Counted from the stretch's first letter, positions 44,185-54,351 are shown. The stretch is 64,000 bases of DNA from Dehalococcoidia bacterium (GCA_965261455.1 OZ253453.1:3447372-3511371); one strand, 5' to 3'. The notes: generated by a model not told the origin, from the letters alone. Made by a program: numbers and translations.

Positions 44185-44330
44185 TGTTTGGTTGTTTTCT
44201 TACTCTCTCTCCCCTGAGGGAGACCTCTACTTAACCTTGCCGTGGAGGAAAGGCGCCCTTCGGGCGCCCGCGCGCCTGTGGCGCGCGCCCTCTCTCTAAT
44301 CTCCCCCTGAGGGGGAGAGGCCGGAGGGGG
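44185..44330. repeat. Intergenic repeat cluster (module A plus a GC palindrome)
   Basis: …ctctctcccctgagggagacctctacttaacc… ggcgcccgcgcgcctgtggcgcgcgcc ctctctctaatctccccctgagggggagaggccggaggggg. Confidence 0.75.
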
Positions 44331-44775
44331 CGTTGCGTTCGCGGTCGAGCACTTTGTTGAGGCGGCGCACGTGGCGCTCCTCGCCGGTGAAGGCGGCGCT
44401 CATGAACGCGGTGATGAGCTCGCGTTCGACCTCGGCGCCGACGACGCGCCCGCCGACGCAGAGGATGTTCATGTCGTCGTGCTCGACGCCTTGATGCGCG
44501 GAGTAGGTGTCGTGGCAGACGGCGGCGCGCACGCCGGAGACTTTGTTGGCTGCGACGCTTGCGCCGACGCCGCTCCCGCAGGCGAGCACCCCGCGCTCGA
44601 CCTCGCCGGCGGCGACGGCGTCGGCCAGCCGGAAGACGAAGTCGGGGTAGTCGTCCGCCGGGTCGTACGACGCCGGGCCGTAGTCGACGACGTCGTGGCC
44701 GAGGCCACGCAGGACCTCGGCGGCGAAGTTCTTGGACTCGAAGCCGGCGTGATCGCCGGCCACCCCAACGCGCAT
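44296..44775 (-). CDS. rpiB: Ribose-5-phosphate isomerase B
   Basis: MRVGVAGDHAGFE…ACGSGVGASVAANK… RpiB/LacAB signature. Confidence 0.85.
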   Translation of the reverse strand: MRVGVAGDHAGFESKNFAAEVLRGLGHDVVDYGPASYDPADDYPDFVFRLADAVAAGEVERGVLACGSGVGASVAANKVSGVRAAVCHDTYSAHQGVEHDDMNILCVGGRVVGAEVERELITAFMSAAFTGEERHVRRLNKVLDRERNAPSGLSPSGGD

Positions 44776-44888
44776 GGCGGCTCCTTACTGGCGCGGTGCT
44801 GAGGCATAGTAGCCCGGCGGCGGCGCACCCGGCAAGGCGAGTCGGCGCGGCCGGGCGGGGCGTATACTTTCCCTCTTGACCGCTTTGC

Positions 44889-46325
44889 TTGTGGCCATGG
44901 CGAGGCGAAAGGGTATCGTTGGCGCGCGTCCAGGACTCCGACTCCCCATCCGCCGCCGAAGGGCGCAGGTTCCGCCTCATCCTCTTTGGCGTCGCCTTGG
45001 GGACGATGCTCGCGCCGTTGAACACCACGCTGGTGGCTCTGGCGCTGCCCGATATCAGCGGCGATTTCGACGCCAGCCTCGACGCCGTCACCTGGACCAT
45101 TACCGCCTACGTCATCGCGATGGCGGTCGTCCAGCCGATCGGCGGGAAGGTGGGCGACCTCTACGGGCGGCGCAGGCTTTACCTCTTCTCGATGCTGGGC
45201 TTCGGCGTGGCGAGCATTCTTGCGGCGCTATCCACCGACCTGACGATGCTGATCGTGACGCGCGTCGTCCAGGCACTCACGGCCGCGATGATGCTGCCCA
45301 CCGGCGCGGCGCTGGTGCGGCAGGTGTTCCCGGTCGAGCGCCGGGCCGCGGCCTTCGGTGTCGTGGGGGCGGCGGCGGGCCTCGCGGCGGGGATCGGGCC
45401 GGTCTTGGGCGGCGGCATCCTCGCGCTCGGCGGATGGCGGGCTATGTTTTGGATGAACATTCCGATCGTCGTGCTGGGTCTGGTCGTGGCCTATCGCTAC
45501 TTCCCACCCGCCGCGAAGCGGGGCGCGCGTCCGCCCTTCGATCTCGTGGGCGCGGCGCTGCTGGGCGCGGCGATGATCACGTTCGCGCTGGCGCTCAGCC
45601 TTGCCGGCAGCGCGTCCCTGAGCTTGACGGCCGGCCTTGCCGGAGCCGCGGCCGCGCTCTTGGCGCTCTTCGCCGTCAACGAGCGCCGTGTCGTGGAGCC
45701 GCTCACCGATCCGCGGCTGCTTGGCAACCGCTCCTTCGTAGGGGCGACGGGCACGATTCTCTTCTCCACCATCGGGCTGTACGCCATCGTCCTCGTCCTA
45801 CCGTTACTCCTCAAGGTGGTGCAGGAGCGGGGTTCGGCTGAAACCGGCCTCATCATGGCGGCGATGTCGGCGCCGATCTTTGTCCTCGCTCGCGTAGGGG
45901 GCCGTTTGGCGGACCGCTTTGGCCGACGGCGGCCGGCGATGGCCGGCGGCGTGCTGCAGGCGGCCGGCGCGGCGGTACTGCTTCTTTCGGACCTCGATGC
46001 GAGCGCCTGGCCGGTCGTGGCGGCGCTGCTGCTCATGGGCGCGGGGCTGGCGCTGCAGATTCCCGCCGCGCAGACCGCCGCCGTGGAGGCGGTGGGGGAG
46101 CGCGACGCGGGAATGGCGAGCGGGGTGTACTCGATGGGGCGTTACATCGGAAGCCTTATTGGAGCGGCGGCGCTCGGCGCGCTCGTCGGGGTCGCCGCCG
46201 TCGAGAACATCGGCAGCGGCGACCTGACGCCGGTCTTCATCATGGTCGCGGCGGCAACCACCGCGTCGATTGGGTCGGCGTGGTTTATCAGGTCGCGCGG
46301 CGCGTCCCCGGCGGCGCGCAACTAA
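44889..46325 (+). CDS. MFS transporter (DHA2/EmrB-like, about 14 TMS)
   Basis: …GDLYGRRRLYLFSMLGFGVASILAA… MFS motif A. Start codon uncertain (TTG at 44889 per the track). Confidence 0.8.
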   Translation: MWPWRGERVSLARVQDSDSPSAAEGRRFRLILFGVALGTMLAPLNTTLVALALPDISGDFDASLDAVTWTITAYVIAMAVVQPIGGKVGDLYGRRRLYLFSMLGFGVASILAALSTDLTMLIVTRVVQALTAAMMLPTGAALVRQVFPVERRAAAFGVVGAAAGLAAGIGPVLGGGILALGGWRAMFWMNIPIVVLGLVVAYRYFPPAAKRGARPPFDLVGAALLGAAMITFALALSLAGSASLSLTAGLAGAAAALLALFAVNERRVVEPLTDPRLLGNRSFVGATGTILFSTIGLYAIVLVLPLLLKVVQERGSAETGLIMAAMSAPIFVLARVGGRLADRFGRRRPAMAGGVLQAAGAAVLLLSDLDASAWPVVAALLLMGAGLALQIPAAQTAAVEAVGERDAGMASGVYSMGRYIGSLIGAAALGALVGVAAVENIGSGDLTPVFIMVAAATTASIGSAWFIRSRGASPAARN

Positions 46326-47497
46326 CGGGGGAGGCCGAGGCCGCGCTGGGCGATGATGTTTCGCTGAATCTCCTGGCTGCCGCCGCCGACTTTGCAGGCG
46401 GAGCGGAGGTAGGAGCGTTCGACGGCGCCGCCCATGGGAATGGCGCGCCCGCCGGCGGGGTCGAGCTGGCCGAAGAGCCCCATGATCTCCATCGACGCGA
46501 GGGAGACGTTGCTGCGGACTTCGACGGCGAAGACCTTGGCCAGCGAGGCTTCCATGTTGGGGACCTCGCCCCTCGCCTGCATGCCGATGACTCGGTAGGA
46601 GAGCATGCGGGAGACCTGAATCTGCACCGCCATGTCGGCGAGTTTGTGGCGTACGGTGCTCCCCGCGAGGAGCGTGCGCCCGAAAGCGTCGCCGGCGAGG
46701 TAGGCCATGAGGTCGTCGAAGTCGCGGCGGTAACCGGCCATCGAGGCGACGTTGGAGCGCTCGAAGTCGAGCGTCGTGGTGGCGACGTACCAGCCGCGGT
46801 GCAGCTCGCCGAAGAGGCCGTCGCGGGGGACGCGCACGTTGTCGAAGTAGACCTCGTTGAAACCTTGGCCGTTGTCCATCTGCCGGATCGGTTTGACGGT
46901 GACGCCCGGCGATTTCATGGGGAAGAGGAAGTAGGAGATGCCGCGGTGCTTGGGGGCGTCGGGGTCGGTGCGGGCGAGGAGGTGGATGTAGTCGGCGTTG
47001 TGGGCGCTGGAAGTCCAGATCTTCTGCCCGTTGATGACGAAGTCGTCGCCGTCCTGCTCGGCGCGGGTCTGAAGGGAGGCGAGGTCGGAGCCGGCGTTGG
47101 GCTCGGAGAAGCCCTGGCACCACCGGCTCTCGCCGCTCGCGATGCGTCCGATGTGCTCGCGCTTCTGGGCCTCGGTGCCGTGGACGATGAGGGCGGGGCC
47201 GAGCTGGTAGGCCTGGGGGTCGATGCCGGGGCAGCGGGCGTAGGACATCTCCTCTCGGAGGATGGCCTGGTAGGTGAGGGAGCGGTCCTGGCCGCCGTAC
47301 TCTTTGGGCCAGGACATGGCGATCCAGCCGCGGGCGCCGATCTTCATGCGCAGCGCGCGCACCCGACCGGCGAGGCCGGGATCGGTGGCGTCGCCCTGTG
47401 CCCCCGCCAGTGCGAGATCCTCGGGCATCTCTTCGTCGATGAACCGGCGAACCTCGCCCCGGTAGGCGTCTTCTTCGGGAGTGAAGCGGAAGTCCAT
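46322..47497 (-). CDS. Acyl-CoA dehydrogenase
   Basis: MDFRFTPEEDAYRGEVRRFIDE… …ILREEMSYARCP… ACAD domains. Internal ATG of track ORF. Confidence 0.85.
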   Translation of the reverse strand: MDFRFTPEEDAYRGEVRRFIDEEMPEDLALAGAQGDATDPGLAGRVRALRMKIGARGWIAMSWPKEYGGQDRSLTYQAILREEMSYARCPGIDPQAYQLGPALIVHGTEAQKREHIGRIASGESRWCQGFSEPNAGSDLASLQTRAEQDGDDFVINGQKIWTSSAHNADYIHLLARTDPDAPKHRGISYFLFPMKSPGVTVKPIRQMDNGQGFNEVYFDNVRVPRDGLFGELHRGWYVATTTLDFERSNVASMAGYRRDFDDLMAYLAGDAFGRTLLAGSTVRHKLADMAVQIQVSRMLSYRVIGMQARGEVPNMEASLAKVFAVEVRSNVSLASMEIMGLFGQLDPAGGRAIPMGGAVERSYLRSACKVGGGSQEIQRNIIAQRGLGLPR

Positions 47498-47631
47498 GGC
47501 GTCCTCGTGGATAGGCGGGCGGATGGTGGGGAGCATAGCAAACGCGGCGGGCGTGGCAAACCGCCCGCGGCTTGACCCTGCGGAGCGCCCCGGTTATAAG
47601 ATGAGGCCGCCTATCGAGGAGGAAGCCGTCC

Positions 47632-48066
47632 ATGAACTATGCGTCGCCGCGGTTCGATGAGCTGGAGGCCGGTCAGGAGTTGCCTCCGCTGGTGAAGACG
47701 CCCAGCGAAGTCCAGCTCTTCATGTTCAGCGCGATCACGTGGGATACCCACCGCACCCATTTCGACACGCCCTATTCGGTCGACGAAGAGTCGCTGCCCG
47801 GCATCCTTGTGCACGGACATCTGCAGGGTGCCTTCCTCTCGCAGTACGCCGCCAACTGGGCCGGCAAGGCGGGGCGGCTGCGTTTGCTGGACTATCAGAA
47901 CCGAGGCATGGTGATCCCGGGCGAGCGGCTGACGGTGAAGGCGAAGATCACCGGCAAGTCCCAAGAGGCGGACGTGGGCGTGGTGACGATGGACATGTGG
48001 TTGGAGAAGGACGGCGGCGATATCCCGACCACCGGGAACGTCGTCATCGAGATTCCGCTGGACTAG
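47632..48066 (+). CDS. MaoC-like (hot-dog fold) dehydratase
   Basis: 144 aa (…ITWDTHRTHFDTPYSVDEESLPGILVHGHLQ…). Confidence 0.8.
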   Translation: MNYASPRFDELEAGQELPPLVKTPSEVQLFMFSAITWDTHRTHFDTPYSVDEESLPGILVHGHLQGAFLSQYAANWAGKAGRLRLLDYQNRGMVIPGERLTVKAKITGKSQEADVGVVTMDMWLEKDGGDIPTTGNVVIEIPLD

Positions 48067-48154
48067 CCCACACGAGCGCCTCCGTTTCCGTTGACACCGC
48101 CGAAAGGGCGGTGCTACCGTCGAGCCTCGAAGCGCTTTCCCCTGGAGGCGGCCC

Positions 48155-49243
48155 GTGGCCGAATTCACCTGCATCTCCGCCGATTCGCACATTGTGGAGC
48201 CCGGCAACCTGTGGCTCGACTATATCGCCCCCGCGTACCGGGACCGCGCCCCGCGCGTCGTCCGCGAGGACGACCGCGACATCTACATGTGCGAGGGGAT
48301 GCGGCTGATCTCGATGCAGGGGGCGGCGAGCGCGGGGCGGCCCAGCGAGGCGCTTGGCTTCAAGGGCCGTGAGCGCGATGTCCCCCAGGGGGCGTGGGAC
48401 CCGAAGGCGCGTCTGGCCGAGATCGAGCCCGACGGCGTGCAGGCCGAGGTCTTGTATCCCACGATGACGCTGCGCCTGTTCGCGGTCGAGGACACGGGAC
48501 TGCAGGACGCGTGCTTCCAGGCGTATAACGACTGGCTCACCGACTTCTGCAAGGAGGTCCCCGGCCGGTTCAAGGGCATCGGCGTGATCAACCTCGACGA
48601 TGTCCCCGGCGCCATCGTCGAGATGCAACGCTGCTTGGAGATCGGGCTGCCCGGTGTGAGCATCGCGCTGTATCAGGACCAGGAGCGGCACTACGGGCAT
48701 CCCGACTTCGACCCGTTCTGGGCCGCCGCCGAGGATACGGGCGCGCCGGTGAGCCTGCACATCCTGACGGAGCGCCGCCGCGCCTCGAGTATCTATCGGA
48801 GTCCCGCCGACGGGGTCTGCGAGGCGGACACGATCCAACGCTCGCTGGCGCACATGACGTTCAACGGTGTCTTCGAGCGGTTCCCCAAGCTGCGCGTCGT
48901 CTCCGCCGAAAACGACATCGGATGGATGCCGTACTACCTCGAACGCATGGACTACGTCTTTGACCGGCGGCGCAATCTCTATCAGATGAACCTCTCGCGG
49001 GAGACCCCGCCCAGCGAGATGGTCAAGCGCAACGTCTTCCTCACGTTCATGCGGGACAAGGCGGGCGTGATGAACCGCGGCCTGATCGGCGTGGACCGGA
49101 TCATGTGGTCGAGCGACTACCCCCACGGCGACAGCACGTGGCCCCGCTCGCAGGAGATGATCGACTACCTGATGGACGACGTCCCCGCCGACGAACAGGC
49201 CCGCATTCTCGTCGACAACGCGCGGGGGCTCTACGGGTTCTAG
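48155..49243 (+). CDS. Amidohydrolase-2 family hydrolase
   Basis: MAEFTCISADSHIVEP… …MWSSDYPHGDSTWP. Paralog of 50963..52108. Confidence 0.8.
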   Translation: MAEFTCISADSHIVEPGNLWLDYIAPAYRDRAPRVVREDDRDIYMCEGMRLISMQGAASAGRPSEALGFKGRERDVPQGAWDPKARLAEIEPDGVQAEVLYPTMTLRLFAVEDTGLQDACFQAYNDWLTDFCKEVPGRFKGIGVINLDDVPGAIVEMQRCLEIGLPGVSIALYQDQERHYGHPDFDPFWAAAEDTGAPVSLHILTERRRASSIYRSPADGVCEADTIQRSLAHMTFNGVFERFPKLRVVSAENDIGWMPYYLERMDYVFDRRRNLYQMNLSRETPPSEMVKRNVFLTFMRDKAGVMNRGLIGVDRIMWSSDYPHGDSTWPRSQEMIDYLMDDVPADEQARILVDNARGLYGF

Positions 49244-49258
49244 ACGCCCAGGCGCTGC

Positions 49259-49738
49259 TTAAAAGCTGGCACCGAGCTCTGTGAGCAGCTCGAAAAGATT
49301 GATGCATTTGACCCCGTAATGATCGGCTACATCTGGAATCTTGGGTTTCGTTGACTGTGACTCGCGCTTTTCGAAAGTCACGACACGTCCGCCCTCTACG
49401 GCGGCGTGGGCAATCAGCCAAGCGTCCGCTTTCGCTAGAAAACGAGCAACGTGGTGTTGCGCGAAGCGATGATCGGCTTTTACCGAATCGGCGATCTGCC
49501 CGAAAACCCGCTGGACTTCTTCACTTGGTTGTCTGAAGAAGGACTCCTGGACGTTCGTGGCCCATGCATTCAGATCATCGTCGACCTCCTTGAGTTCACC
49601 AAAGACCCGCTCAGGTGCCGCGAAGACCTGTTCCTGAACCTTCCGGTCCAGGTAGCTCCAGAATGAAGGGACTAGTGCAAAGCTATAGTAAGTGCGGCTT
49701 GGCTGGATGAGCGTGTCCGAATCAAGCCAATCAGGCAT
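49259..49738 (-). CDS. DUF4411-family PIN-like nuclease-domain protein
   Basis: 159 aa. Paralog of 278..760. Overlaps the upstream ImmA gene. Low G+C. Confidence 0.7.
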   Translation of the reverse strand: MPDWLDSDTLIQPSRTYYSFALVPSFWSYLDRKVQEQVFAAPERVFGELKEVDDDLNAWATNVQESFFRQPSEEVQRVFGQIADSVKADHRFAQHHVARFLAKADAWLIAHAAVEGGRVVTFEKRESQSTKPKIPDVADHYGVKCINLFELLTELGASF

Positions 49739-50912
49739 GCGCCGGTCCGCTGCCCAGCAATCGGGCTTCGAGCCTGTCGTAGGTTGCTGAAGTGCTGATG
49801 TTCAGTAGAGACGCCGCTTCTCGATAGGGGACCTTCCCTTCGGCCACGGCGGTGAGCACGGTCATCGTGAAGGTGCGGCTATTCCGGCTCAGGACGTTGT
49901 TGTGGTAGTTGCCGCCACCATCTGTGCCCGCTTGCTGCAAGTCGTTTTTGAACTCGTTTAGCTTTTCGGCATAGGCGCTTGACTCAACCCGTCCATAGTC
50001 ATACGCCGACCGCAGTATGACAAACCTACTTACACGGTATTGACGCGATAGCTTCGCGATATTCTCGTCAAGCCCGATTGTGTCATCCCACCGCATGCTG
50101 AAGTTGTTCGGCGGAACGAGCACCTGAGCGGCAATCCGGTCGCATTGCCGCTCAGCGGGGTTGTTTTGTCGACTTGCACTTTTCGAATAGTCAGGGTTGG
50201 ATATTCCGCTCTGGCCGATCCAGAGATGCGCCAATTCGTGAGCGAGCGTGAATATCTGCGCGGACTTTGCATCTTTGGAGTTAATGAAGACCAGTGGAGC
50301 AAGTGGATCGTTGATTGCAAACCCTCTGAATTCACTCACATCTAGTGGCCTATGCGTGTTGTTGCCCACGATGCCACTTCGGAGAACTAGCACCCCGGCG
50401 TCTTCGGCCCGCCTTACAAACTCCGTTAGGAACTGCTCCCAATTTCCCGTATCGGCCCGCATGCGATCGTCAATACGCAATGCACTTGTGAGATCCGAAG
50501 CAACTACGGAAACCGGTTCGTTGAGGGTGTATTTACCAACAAACGGCAGCGACTCGGCACCCTTATCTTGTAGATACTCCCGGTACCAATCCTGTTTCCG
50601 AAGAGCATCTTCCAAAACTTCCAAGAAATCAGGGCTTGGATGCTCTGACGTGTCGGGTAACAGGGTGCGCAGGTCGGGCAGAGGGAGCTCTTCGGATGGG
50701 GGCTGTGCAAGGAAGAGATAGCCAAACGGGACGTTCAACTTGTCAGCAATGCCACCCGCCTTCTTGAAGGTCGGGCGTGATTCGCCACGTTCCCAACGCT
50801 GCAGCGTTGGCGCTACGACCCCCAGCCTCTTGGCTGCGGACGGGATGTCAAGACCCATCCGCTGCCGTGCCCATGTAAGGATCTCCGGCGTTACAAACGC
50901 TTCAGTCGTCAT
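49731..50912 (-). CDS. XRE-family HTH fused to an ImmA/IrrE-family (COG2856) zinc metallopeptidase
   Basis: N-terminal HTH (…LGVVAPTLQRWERGESRPTFKK…). HExxH in FTLAHELAHLWIGQ. Low G+C. Confidence 0.8.
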   Translation of the reverse strand: MTTEAFVTPEILTWARQRMGLDIPSAAKRLGVVAPTLQRWERGESRPTFKKAGGIADKLNVPFGYLFLAQPPSEELPLPDLRTLLPDTSEHPSPDFLEVLEDALRKQDWYREYLQDKGAESLPFVGKYTLNEPVSVVASDLTSALRIDDRMRADTGNWEQFLTEFVRRAEDAGVLVLRSGIVGNNTHRPLDVSEFRGFAINDPLAPLVFINSKDAKSAQIFTLAHELAHLWIGQSGISNPDYSKSASRQNNPAERQCDRIAAQVLVPPNNFSMRWDDTIGLDENIAKLSRQYRVSRFVILRSAYDYGRVESSAYAEKLNEFKNDLQQAGTDGGGNYHNNVLSRNSRTFTMTVLTAVAEGKVPYREAASLLNISTSATYDRLEARLLGSGPAHA

Positions 50913-50962
50913 GAATTACCATCGAGTTTCTTGGATGGCTTTTCCGCAGAGACCGGCCCCAC

Positions 50963-52108
50963 TTAGCCGCCGTTGAGGTTGAAGACCTTGACGGCGTTGT
51001 CGACGAGGACTTGGCGTCGCTCCGCTTCCGACCAATCGCCGATGGCGCGCTCGATGTACCACTGCGACTTGGGGAAGGTGCTCGTCGGGTGGGGGAAGTC
51101 GGACGACCACATGATGTTGTCCATCCCGATGACGTCGCGCATGCGGAGGCCGACGGCCTCGAACCAGAAGTTGATGTAGCACTGACGGTGGAAGTAGTCG
51201 CTGGGCTTGATCTTCAGGCTGCCCCGCACCTTGAGGTTCTGCGCCTCCCACTGATGGTCGGCGACTTCGAGGAGGTAGGGCGCCCAGCCCAAGCCGCTCT
51301 CGGACGAGACGACCTTGAGCGCGGGGAAGCGTTCGAGGATGCCGGAGAAGAGGATGGTGCTCATCACCATGATGTTCGCCGAGATCGTGCGGGTGGAGCC
51401 GTCGGAGAGCCTGGTGACGGCGTTGTGGCCCTCCCAGGGCGCGGGGAACGAGATGCCCTGGGCCCCGCCGGAGCCGATGTGAAAGTTGACCGACATTTTC
51501 GTCTCTTGCGCCGCGTCCCAGAGCGGGTCCCAGTAGGGGTCGCAGACGTCGGGGTAGCCGAACTGCTGAGGGAAGGCGATGGCGATGCCGTTCATCTTGC
51601 GCTCGACGGCGCGGCGCAGCTCGGCGACGGCGAGGTCGAGGTCCCACATGGGTAGCTGGGCGAGCGTGATGAATCGCCCAGGGTAGGGCTCGGCGTACTC
51701 CTCGACCTGGAAGTCGTTGTAGGCGCGGATGCAGTCGAGGCGGAAGTCGGCGGGCCAGTCGGCGTTGTAGAAGGTGTTGCCGGCGATGCCGGCGACGTTG
51801 GCGAAGAAGGTGTGCACGTCCACGCCGTCCGCTTCCATGGCCTTCACCCGCTCGGCGGGGATGTAGGCTTTTGGGGGCATCTCGTCGAAGTTGACCGCGC
51901 TGGCGGTGCGGTCGGCCATGGTGGCGTGGACGCTGCCCGGCCCCTTCACGGCGCGGGGTTCTCCGTTGATCCACCAGGTGTCACCGCCGTCGGCGTCGCG
52001 GACGACGTGGGGGATCTTGTCGCCCCACTTCGCCGCGCTCATCCGCGCCGTCCAAGTATCGGGCTTCTCTTGCAGGTGGTCGTCGGTCGAGATGCAGTTG
52101 TACCGCAT
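50963..52108 (-). CDS. Amidohydrolase-2 family hydrolase
   Basis: MRYNCISTDDHLQE… …MWSSDFPHPTSTFP. Internal ATG of track ORF 50963..52171. Confidence 0.8.
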   Translation of the reverse strand: MRYNCISTDDHLQEKPDTWTARMSAAKWGDKIPHVVRDADGGDTWWINGEPRAVKGPGSVHATMADRTASAVNFDEMPPKAYIPAERVKAMEADGVDVHTFFANVAGIAGNTFYNADWPADFRLDCIRAYNDFQVEEYAEPYPGRFITLAQLPMWDLDLAVAELRRAVERKMNGIAIAFPQQFGYPDVCDPYWDPLWDAAQETKMSVNFHIGSGGAQGISFPAPWEGHNAVTRLSDGSTRTISANIMVMSTILFSGILERFPALKVVSSESGLGWAPYLLEVADHQWEAQNLKVRGSLKIKPSDYFHRQCYINFWFEAVGLRMRDVIGMDNIMWSSDFPHPTSTFPKSQWYIERAIGDWSEAERRQVLVDNAVKVFNLNGG

Positions 52109-52255
52109 CGTCTGCTCCTTCGCGTCTCTAGGGAATGCCGGAATTGTAGGAGTGCCCGCGGGCAGGGTCAAACGAGGCCGCCGGCGCGTGGGCGCGGGCG
52201 TGTAGTATAGGCAGCGCTACGAAACCGCGCCGCGCTCCGGCGCCCGGAGGGCCCC

Positions 52256-53128
52256 ATGCACATTGGACTCACCGCGGGTCTGCAGATCTTCTCCATGCCA
52301 CCGTCCGACACGCTGAGCATCGCCCAGCGCGCTGAGGCCGCCGGCTTTGAATCGATATGGATACCGGACCATCCGGTTATCCCCGAGGCGATACCGCCGC
52401 AGTATCCCTACAACGACACCGGCGAGCCCCCGTTCAACAACAACTCGCCCTGGTTGGAGCCGACGTCTATGCTCACCTTCCTGGCGGCGGGAACGAAGAC
52501 GCTCGGCCTCGGCACCGGCATCTACATCGTGCCGCTGCGCAATCCGCACCTGCTGGCGCGCAGCCTCTCGACGGTGGACTGGCTGTCGAACGGACGCCTG
52601 CTGCTCGGTGTGGGGGTCGGCTGGATGCCCGACGAGGCCGCCGCCACCGAGACCGACTTCGACAACCGGGGCAAGCGGACCGAAGAGATCCTGCACATCA
52701 TGGTACGGCTGTGGACGGAGGACGTGGTCGAGCACACCGGCGCGTACTACTCCTTCGGCAGGGTGAAGCTGAACCCGAAGCCGGTGCGTAAGCCGCACCC
52801 GCCGATACTCTACGGCGGGCATACGCCCGTCGCGCTCCGCCGGGCGGCGCAGCTCTGCGACGGGTGGATCGGCATGGGCTACACGCCGGAGCAGTTGCCC
52901 GCCTACCTGGAACGGCTGACCGAGCTTCGGAAACGGCACGGCCGCGACGGAGAGGCGTTCGACATCACGGTGACGCCCGCCGTTCCCCCCACGCTCGACG
53001 CGGTCAAACGGTTCAAGGATCTCGGCGTGACGCGCCTCAAGCTGACCCCATTCAAGCGGGACGCCGACGCCGCGGCCTGCCTCGAAGGCATCGACCGGTT
53101 CGGCGACGAGGTGATCGCGAGGCTCTAG
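52256..53128 (+). CDS. LLM-class flavin/F420-dependent oxidoreductase
   Basis: MHIGLTAGLQIF…ESIWIPDHPV…. Confidence 0.85.
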   Translation: MHIGLTAGLQIFSMPPSDTLSIAQRAEAAGFESIWIPDHPVIPEAIPPQYPYNDTGEPPFNNNSPWLEPTSMLTFLAAGTKTLGLGTGIYIVPLRNPHLLARSLSTVDWLSNGRLLLGVGVGWMPDEAAATETDFDNRGKRTEEILHIMVRLWTEDVVEHTGAYYSFGRVKLNPKPVRKPHPPILYGGHTPVALRRAAQLCDGWIGMGYTPEQLPAYLERLTELRKRHGRDGEAFDITVTPAVPPTLDAVKRFKDLGVTRLKLTPFKRDADAAACLEGIDRFGDEVIARL

Positions 53129-53167
53129 CTTCCCGGCCCGGCGGCCCGGAGCCGGGGGGAGAACAAC

Positions 53168-53395
53168 GTGACTGGCTCTATCCGACTGTCACCCGAAACC
53201 GAGCAGCGGCTTGCCTTGCTGGCTTCGCAGACCGGGCGCACGAAGGCCTTCTACCTGCGTGAGCTCATTGGCCGTGGTCTTGAGGACATAGAAGACTACT
53301 ACCTCGCCGCGGACGTTCTCGAACGTATCCGCAAAGGGCGGGAACAAGTACATGCCGCCGCGGATGCGAGGAAAGAGCTCGGTCTGGGCGATTGA
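53168..53395 (+). CDS. Ribbon-helix-helix type II antitoxin (RelB/ParD-like), apparently orphan
   Basis: 75 aa (MTGSIRLSPETEQRLALLASQTGRTKAFYLRELIGRG…). No intact toxin gene follows. Confidence 0.5.
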   Translation: MTGSIRLSPETEQRLALLASQTGRTKAFYLRELIGRGLEDIEDYYLAADVLERIRKGREQVHAAADARKELGLGD

Positions 53396-53465
53396 CTACA
53401 TTGCGTTCGTGCCCTGCCGGCCGTGCTACGCGGCCGCCGGCTGAGGCGCCACGCTCGTCCTGGGC

Positions 53466-54257
53466 TTAGAGCATGGTGAAGCCGCCGCTGACGCTGAAGG
53501 TCTGGCCGGTCACGAACGAGGCGGCGTCGGAGGAGAGGTAGAGGACGGCGTTGGCGGTGTCGTCGCCGTGGCCGAGCCGTCCCAGGGGGTAGTGCGCCGT
53601 GGCGCGTTGCATGCGGTAGTCGGGCGACCCGCGTTCCTCGCCGCGCCACGGTCCGGTCAGCGTCTCGATGTGCGTGCCCTCGGGCTGCGTCGCGCCGGTG
53701 CAGACGACGTTGACGCGCACGCCCTGCGGCGCGACTTCCTTGGCGATCGACTTGCAGGCGGCGATGACGGCCCCGCGAGCACCCGAGTAGACCGCGGCCT
53801 TGAACTCGCCCACCCGCCCAGCCTCGGATGAGATGGCGACGATGTTGCCTGAGCCCTGGCGGACCATGTGCGGGAGGGCGGCGTGGATGGTGTTGAGCAC
53901 GGCGATGAAGTTGCTGTGGACGATTTTGGTCCAGGTGTCAGGGTCGTTGTTAATGAAGAAGGCGCGGCCCGCCCAGTGCGCCATGGCGGTGACGAGGACG
54001 TCGAGGCGCCCCGTCGCCTCGACGGCGCGGTCAATGACCACCTGGGCCTCGGCGCGCGAGGCGGCGCCGGCGTGGATGGTGGTGATGGCGAGGCCGGCGG
54101 CTTCGACGTCCCGCCGGACGGACTCGAGCATGGTCTCGTCCTCGGCGGAGAGAAAGACGCGGGAGCCCTCGGCGGTGTAGAGCAAGGCCAGCGAGCGTCC
54201 GAGCTTCGAGCCGCCGCCGGCGATGACGACGGTCTTGTCTTCAAGTCCTAGGCGCAT
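53466..54257 (-). CDS. SDR-family oxidoreductase
   Basis: 263 aa with IAGGGSKLG Rossmann-like motif and YxxxK. Confidence 0.8.
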   Translation of the reverse strand: MRLGLEDKTVVIAGGGSKLGRSLALLYTAEGSRVFLSAEDETMLESVRRDVEAAGLAITTIHAGAASRAEAQVVIDRAVEATGRLDVLVTAMAHWAGRAFFINNDPDTWTKIVHSNFIAVLNTIHAALPHMVRQGSGNIVAISSEAGRVGEFKAAVYSGARGAVIAACKSIAKEVAPQGVRVNVVCTGATQPEGTHIETLTGPWRGEERGSPDYRMQRATAHYPLGRLGHGDDTANAVLYLSSDAASFVTGQTFSVSGGFTML

Positions 54258-54351
54258 GGTTGGGAGAGTCGGCGTTGCCCGGCAGCCCGGGCCCGTTTGA
54301 CGCTAGGCCGCGGGGCGCGGCGTGTCAAGCGCGGCGCTTCGGCGCACCACA

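Noticed and set aside
50913-50965. Possible direct repeat flanking the ImmA/DUF4411 island, by analogy with the other islands
   Set aside because: Compared with 49244..49260 there is no convincing duplication of either amidohydrolase terminus.
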